Below, piece by piece: positions 59,433 through 64,000 of a stretch of DNA of 64,000 nt (positions are counted from its first letter, which is position 1; every line of letters begins with the position of its first letter). Below the pieces are notes generated by a model. That model had not been told where the DNA came from, did not search any database, and saw only the letters and a list, made by a program, of their open reading frames with translations. This DNA is from Corallococcus coralloides (GTDB lineage Bacteria; Myxococcota; Myxococcia; Myxococcales; Myxococcaceae): assembly GCF_044792175.1 (NCBI RefSeq), contig NZ_CP172866.1; one strand, written 5' to 3'. The position numbers and the translations under genes were made by a program.

Positions 59433-61022
59433 ATGAGCCTGGGCTCCCTCGCGCTGGTCCTTCACGCGCACCTGCCGTTCGTCCGCCACCCCGAGTACGA
59501 AGACTTCCTCGAGGAGGACTGGCTCTACGAAGCCATCTCCGAGACGTACCTGCCGCTCCTGCGCGTGTTCGACAAGCTGGTCGAGGACCGCGTCCCCTTC
59601 CGGGTGACGATGACGCTCTCGCCCACGCTCGTGTCGATGCTCAACGACGACCTGCTGCGCGAGCGCTACGCCCGGCGGCTGGATTCGCTCTGCGAGCTGG
59701 GCGCCCGCGAGGTGCACCGCACCCGGGACGACCCCACCTTCCACCCGCTGGCCGTCTTCCACCGCGACCACTTCGAATCGCTGCGGCTCGCGTACCACAA
59801 CCACTACCGGCGCGACCTGGTGGCCGCGTTCCGCAGGCTCCAGGACTCCGGCCACCTGGACATCCTCACCTGCAACGCGACCCACGGCTTCCTGCCGCTC
59901 ATGCAGCAGACGCCGGAGGCCGTGCGCGCCCAGGTGACGGTCGCGGCGAACCACTACCGTCAGAACTTCGGCCGCGACCCCGCCGGCATCTGGCTGGCCG
60001 AGTGCGGCTACTACCCGGGCCTGGAGCGCATCCTCTCCGCCGAGCGCATCCGCTACTTCTTCGTGGACACGCACGCGCTCACGGACGCCACGCCCCGCCC
60101 GCTGCACGGCCCCTACGCGCCCATCTTCACGGAGCCCGGCGTGGCCGCCTTCGCTCGCGACCCGGAGAGCAGCCAGCAGGTCTGGAGCACCGAGCACGGC
60201 TACCCCGGCGACCCCGTCTACCGCGAGTTCTACCGGGACATCGGCTGGGACCTGGACCTGGACTACATCCGGCCCTTCATCCAGCCCACCGGCGACCGCA
60301 AGAACACCGGCTTCAAGTACTTCCGCATCACCGGCAAGACGAACGACAAGCAGCCCTACGACCCGGCCGCCGCCCGCGAGCGCGCCTGGGTCCACGCGGG
60401 CAACTTCCTCTTCAACCGCGAGCGCCAGTTCGAATACCTCGCGTCCCGCATGGGCGGCCGCAAGCCCGTGGTCGTCGCGCCCTATGACGCGGAGCTCTTC
60501 GGCCACTGGTGGTTCGAGGGCCCCCACTTCATCGACGCGCTCATCCGCCAGGCCGCGCGCAACCCCAGCCGCTTCACGCTCATCAGCCCGCTGGACGACC
60601 TGCGCGAGCACCCGGAGAACCAGGTGGCGACGCCGCCCCTGTCCTCGTGGGGCGCGGGCGGCTACGCGAACATGTGGCTGGATGGCACCAACGACTGGAT
60701 CTACCGGCACCTCACCCACGCGGCGCGGCAGATGGTGGAGCTGGCCCGGGACTTCCCGGACGCGCCGTCCCTCAAGCGCCGGGCGCTGAACCAGGCCGCG
60801 CGCGAGCTGCTGCTGGCGCAGGCCTCCGATTGGGCCTTCATCATGAAGACCGGCACCATGGTGGACTACGCCGTGCGCCGCACGAAGGAGCACCTGCAGC
60901 GCTTCCTGCGCCTGCACGACCAGGTGCGCGCCGGCACCGTCGACGAGTCCTGGCTGTCCCACGTCGAAGACCGCGACAACCTGTTCCCCGAGCTGGACTA
61001 CCGCGTCTACCGGCCCGGTTGA
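59433..61022 (+). CDS. glycoside hydrolase family 57 (alpha-glucan branching enzyme / amylase type)
   Basis: GH57 N-terminal motif LVLHAHLPFVRHPEYE and downstream conserved Glu/Asp regions; 529 aa. Confidence 0.8.
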   Translation: MSLGSLALVLHAHLPFVRHPEYEDFLEEDWLYEAISETYLPLLRVFDKLVEDRVPFRVTMTLSPTLVSMLNDDLLRERYARRLDSLCELGAREVHRTRDDPTFHPLAVFHRDHFESLRLAYHNHYRRDLVAAFRRLQDSGHLDILTCNATHGFLPLMQQTPEAVRAQVTVAANHYRQNFGRDPAGIWLAECGYYPGLERILSAERIRYFFVDTHALTDATPRPLHGPYAPIFTEPGVAAFARDPESSQQVWSTEHGYPGDPVYREFYRDIGWDLDLDYIRPFIQPTGDRKNTGFKYFRITGKTNDKQPYDPAAARERAWVHAGNFLFNRERQFEYLASRMGGRKPVVVAPYDAELFGHWWFEGPHFIDALIRQAARNPSRFTLISPLDDLREHPENQVATPPLSSWGAGGYANMWLDGTNDWIYRHLTHAARQMVELARDFPDAPSLKRRALNQAARELLLAQASDWAFIMKTGTMVDYAVRRTKEHLQRFLRLHDQVRAGTVDESWLSHVEDRDNLFPELDYRVYRPG

Positions 61023-61112
61023 GCGGTCCGGGAACAGGCGGCCGGGCCGGGGGTTCACCTTCCGTCACCGGCCCCTGTCGTTCCGGTTGCGGGGCTTCGT
61101 TTCCGCTTTAGG

Positions 61113-62621
61113 TTGAGGAAATCCATGACCCACACGCTCCCTCCGTTCCGTCGCAAGCTCGTGGCCGCCGTGCTGGTGCTGGCGTCGCCCACGCTCGCCC
61201 TCGCGCAGGCGCCCGCTCCCAAGCCGCCCGCGCCCCAGACGCAGCAGGCGGTCTCCGGTCAGGCCGGCAACCTCCAGCCCGCCACGCGCGAGGCCCAGTC
61301 GCTGGCCTCGCTGGCGCCCCTGGTGGAGTCGGTGAAGTCCGCGGTGGTGAACGTGGACGTGCAGGCCCGTCCCGAGATGCCGGAGGGCATGGAGGACAAC
61401 CCGCTCTTCGACCGGTTCTTCGGCGGCAACGGGCGGGACCGCCGCCGCAGCGAGCGCGAGCAGATCCGCCAGGGCGCCGGGTCCGGCTTCATCATCGACC
61501 CCAAGGGCCTGGTGCTCACCAACAACCACGTCATCGAGGACGCGGTCACCATCACCATCCGCCTGGATGACGGCCGTTCGTTCACGGGCGAGGTGGTGGG
61601 CCGCGACCCGCTCACCGACGTGGCCGTGGTGAAGATCAAGGAGAAGGTGGATCAGCTCCCCTCCGTGAAGCTGGGCGACTCCGACGCCGTGCGCGTGGGG
61701 GACTGGGTGCTGGCCATTGGCAACCCGTTCGGCCTGGCCTCCAGCGTGAGCGTGGGCATCCTGTCCGCGCGCGCCCGGGAGATTGGCGCCAGCGTGTACG
61801 ACGACTTCCTGCAGACGGACGCGGCCATCAACCCCGGCAACTCCGGAGGCCCGCTCTTCAACATGAAGGGCGAGGTGGTGGGCATCAACACCGCCATCGT
61901 CGGCGGCGGCACGGGCATCGGCTTCTCCGTGCCCAGCAACCTCATCAAGGCGCTGCTGCCGCAGTTGGAGAAGGAGGGCGCCGTCACGCGCGGCTGGCTG
62001 GGCGTGGGCATCCAGCCCCTCACGCGCGAGCTGGGCCAGGCGCTGAAGCTGTCGGTGAGCGAGGGCGCCATCCTCACGCAGATCACCCCCGACTCCCCGG
62101 CGGCGAAGGCCGGGCTCAAGCCGGACGACGTGGTGGTGGCCGTGGACGGCAAGCCGGTGCGCTCCGACAGCGAGCTCACCCGCACCGTGGCGCTCAAGAA
62201 GCCCAACAGCGTCGCCACGCTGACCCTCTACCGCGACGGCAAGAAGCAGGACGTCAAGGTGACCATGGGCACCCGGCCGGACCTGGAGGGCCTGTCCAAG
62301 AAGAAGCCGTCGGCCAACGACGAGCAGGACAGCTCGCGCCGCGTGGGCGTGTCCCTGCAGGACCTGGACGCCCGCACGGCGTCCCAGGCCGGCTTCACCG
62401 AGCGCGCCGGAGCGCTGATCACCGACATCGTCCCGGGCTCGCCCGCGGACCGCGCGCAGTTGACGCCGGGCATGCTGGTGGTGGAGGCGAATAAGAAGCC
62501 CATCGCGAGCGCGAAGGAGCTGGCCTCGGCCATCCGCGCCGCGCCCAAGGGCAGCACGCTGCTGTTGCGCGTGGCCGGCCCCGGCGGCGGGCGCCTGCTG
62601 CGCGCGCTGACCGTGCCCTGA
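61113..62621 (+). CDS. periplasmic serine endoprotease HtrA/DegP family (trypsin-like plus 2 PDZ)
   Basis: Signal peptide; catalytic triad context HVIED / D..VVKI / GNSGGPL; two PDZ domains. Confidence 0.9.
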   Translation: MRKSMTHTLPPFRRKLVAAVLVLASPTLALAQAPAPKPPAPQTQQAVSGQAGNLQPATREAQSLASLAPLVESVKSAVVNVDVQARPEMPEGMEDNPLFDRFFGGNGRDRRRSEREQIRQGAGSGFIIDPKGLVLTNNHVIEDAVTITIRLDDGRSFTGEVVGRDPLTDVAVVKIKEKVDQLPSVKLGDSDAVRVGDWVLAIGNPFGLASSVSVGILSARAREIGASVYDDFLQTDAAINPGNSGGPLFNMKGEVVGINTAIVGGGTGIGFSVPSNLIKALLPQLEKEGAVTRGWLGVGIQPLTRELGQALKLSVSEGAILTQITPDSPAAKAGLKPDDVVVAVDGKPVRSDSELTRTVALKKPNSVATLTLYRDGKKQDVKVTMGTRPDLEGLSKKKPSANDEQDSSRRVGVSLQDLDARTASQAGFTERAGALITDIVPGSPADRAQLTPGMLVVEANKKPIASAKELASAIRAAPKGSTLLLRVAGPGGGRLLRALTVP

Positions 62622-62684
62622 GCCGGCGCGGCGGGGCCCGGGGATTCACGTCAACGGCTTGCACACGGGGGTGGACGAACGTCG

Positions 62685-63278
62685 ATGAGCGTCAACTACG
62701 TCTCGTTGGGTGACAGCACGGCGGTGGGGGTGGGGGCGTCGCAGGGCGGGGGCTATCCCGACCGGCTCGCCTCCCGCCTCCGGAAGGACGGCCTCCCCGT
62801 GGGCCATACCAACCTGGGGCAGAGCGGCGCGCGCGTGCGCGACGTCGTCAACAACGCCCTCAAGCGCGTCATCGCGTCGCAGCCCACGCTCATCACCCTG
62901 GGCGTGGGCACCAACGACATCTGGCGCGGCACCGAGGTGACGGAGTTCCAGGACGACCTGGACCGCATCGCCCGGCGGCTGAAGCAGACCGGCGCGTCCA
63001 TGGTGGTGGTGAACATCGCGGACATGGCGCTCGCGCCCGTCGCGAAGATGGTGCCCAGCGCGCTGTACGAAGGGCGCATCGAGCCGTTCAACGACGCCAT
63101 CGCCTCCGTGGCCCGCGCGCACGGGCTCCATCTGGTGGACCTGTTCACCGCCAGCCGGGAGATGATCCCCCGGCGTCCGGACTTCTTCTGCGGCGATGGC
63201 TTCCACCCGTCCGCGGAGGGCTACGAGGAGTGGGCGGACCTGATGCTCCCCGTGGTCCGCACGCTCGTGCGGCGGTAG
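62685..63278 (+). CDS. SGNH/GDSL hydrolase family protein
   Basis: Block I SLGDSTAVG, a GxND block (GVGTNDIW), and DGFHP catalytic His. Confidence 0.8.
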   Translation: MSVNYVSLGDSTAVGVGASQGGGYPDRLASRLRKDGLPVGHTNLGQSGARVRDVVNNALKRVIASQPTLITLGVGTNDIWRGTEVTEFQDDLDRIARRLKQTGASMVVVNIADMALAPVAKMVPSALYEGRIEPFNDAIASVARAHGLHLVDLFTASREMIPRRPDFFCGDGFHPSAEGYEEWADLMLPVVRTLVRR

Positions 63279-63316
63279 GCCCCGGCCCGGAAGGCGCGGG
63301 GCAGGGCGCCCCGCGC

Positions 63317-64000
63317 TCAGGCCTTCGCGATGCCCGAGGGTGGGGGCGGGGTGGAGGGGGCGTCCGCGGGCGGCGCGCCGATGCTGCGCTCGCGGCCCGG
63401 GTGGACCTCCATGCCGGGCTCGAACGCCGTCACGCGGTTGCGGCCCGTGCGCTTGCTGCAATAGAGCGCCGAGTCCGCGCAGTCCACCAGCGTGTCCTGC
63501 GACGTCGCGTCCGTGGGGAAGTGCGCGACGCCGATGGACACCGTGACGTGGCCCCCGGGCAGCCCCGGACGGCTGAGCGTGACGGCGTCCGCCACCGCGC
63601 GGCGCAGCGTCTCCGCCACCTCCACCGCCGTGGCCTTGGACACCTGCGGCAGGAGCAGCACGAACTCCTCGCCGCCGTAGCGCCCCAGCGTGTCCACCTT
63701 GCGCGCGCGGGTGCGCAACACGTCGGAGACCCGGCGCAGCGTCTCGTCCCCGGCGCGGTGTCCGGCCAGGTCGTTGAGCCGCTTGAAGTGGTCCACGTCC
63801 ACCATCAGCAGCGCCAACGGCACGCCGAAGCGCTGGGCCCGCGCCAGCTCCAGGTCCAACCGCTGGAAGAGGTGGCGGCGGTTGGGCACGCCCGTGAGCG
63901 CGTCCGTCAGCGTGAGCTTCACCGTCTCCGCGTGCAGGCGCGCGTTCGTCACCGCCGTCGCGGCCTGGTCCGCCACCGCGGTGAAGAGCTCGATCTCCTC
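63317..64000 (-). CDS. GGDEF-domain diguanylate cyclase (5' part outside the window; upstream sensory domain likely)
   Basis: RYGGEEFVLLLP active-site motif, plus the DVDHFKRLND and LTGVPNRR motifs. The ORF continues past the window end. Confidence 0.85.
   Translation of the reverse strand, partial: EEIELFTAVADQAATAVTNARLHAETVKLTLTDALTGVPNRRHLFQRLDLELARAQRFGVPLALLMVDVDHFKRLNDLAGHRAGDETLRRVSDVLRTRARKVDTLGRYGGEEFVLLLPQVSKATAVEVAETLRRAVADAVTLSRPGLPGGHVTVSIGVAHFPTDATSQDTLVDCADSALYCSKRTGRNRVTAFEPGMEVHPGRERSIGAPPADAPSTPPPPSGIAKA

Overview
This 64 kb window is a high-GC (about 70%) chromosomal segment with roughly 50 densely packed genes. The gene content (RpoH-like sigma factor, Ser/Thr kinase, a receiver-plus-coiled-coil AglZ/FrzS-like protein, many secreted proteins) looks myxobacterial (Myxococcales), which is an inference. 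Many long Arg/Ala/Gly-rich ORFs in the six-frame track are GC artefacts that overlap the real genes on other frames; I ignored them. Main content, left to right: (1) a leftward six-gene metal-uptake operon made of a His-rich secreted protein, a porin-like outer-membrane barrel, a ZnuA/TroA binding protein, a Cys/His-cluster lipoprotein, an ABC ATPase and an ABC-3 permease, with folE and a glcD-like oxidase diverging from it. (2) An RpoH-like sigma factor with an intrinsic terminator. (3) A lipid-metabolism block of FadD, TatA, a histidine kinase/response regulator pair, SCP2 and a family III CoA-transferase, followed by a tightly coupled six-gene operon (15.2-20.0 kb): stand-alone ACP, a ferritin-like di-iron enzyme, a dedicated AcpS-type PPTase, a hotdog thioesterase, an alpha/beta hydrolase and a fatty acyl-AMP ligase. 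This operon is my best candidate for an undescribed fatty-acid tailoring system. (4) A MFP-RND-MarR efflux operon, an acyl-CoA dehydrogenase and rlmE. (5) A 2021-aa alpha-2-macroglobulin with a CTEQ thioester. (6) A secreted SH3b plus EndoU-like nuclease. (7) tyrS and an MTHFS (ygfA-like) gene with a candidate 6S RNA upstream. (8) A secreted TPR protein and a Hanks kinase. (9) A same-strand array of cysteine desulfurase, DHH phosphoesterase, a Fic-fold protein with a degenerate active-site motif, a classic-clade AAA ATPase, ilvE and an orphan MoxR ATPase. (10) A 1534-aa receiver plus coiled-coil protein with 84-bp tandem repeats. (11) A GT4/DUF4912/GH57 alpha-glucan cluster in which GT4 and DUF4912 carry long repeat-rich extensions. 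(12) HtrA, a SGNH hydrolase and a partial GGDEF protein. I saw no CRISPR array, tRNA/rRNA gene, transposase or integrase.
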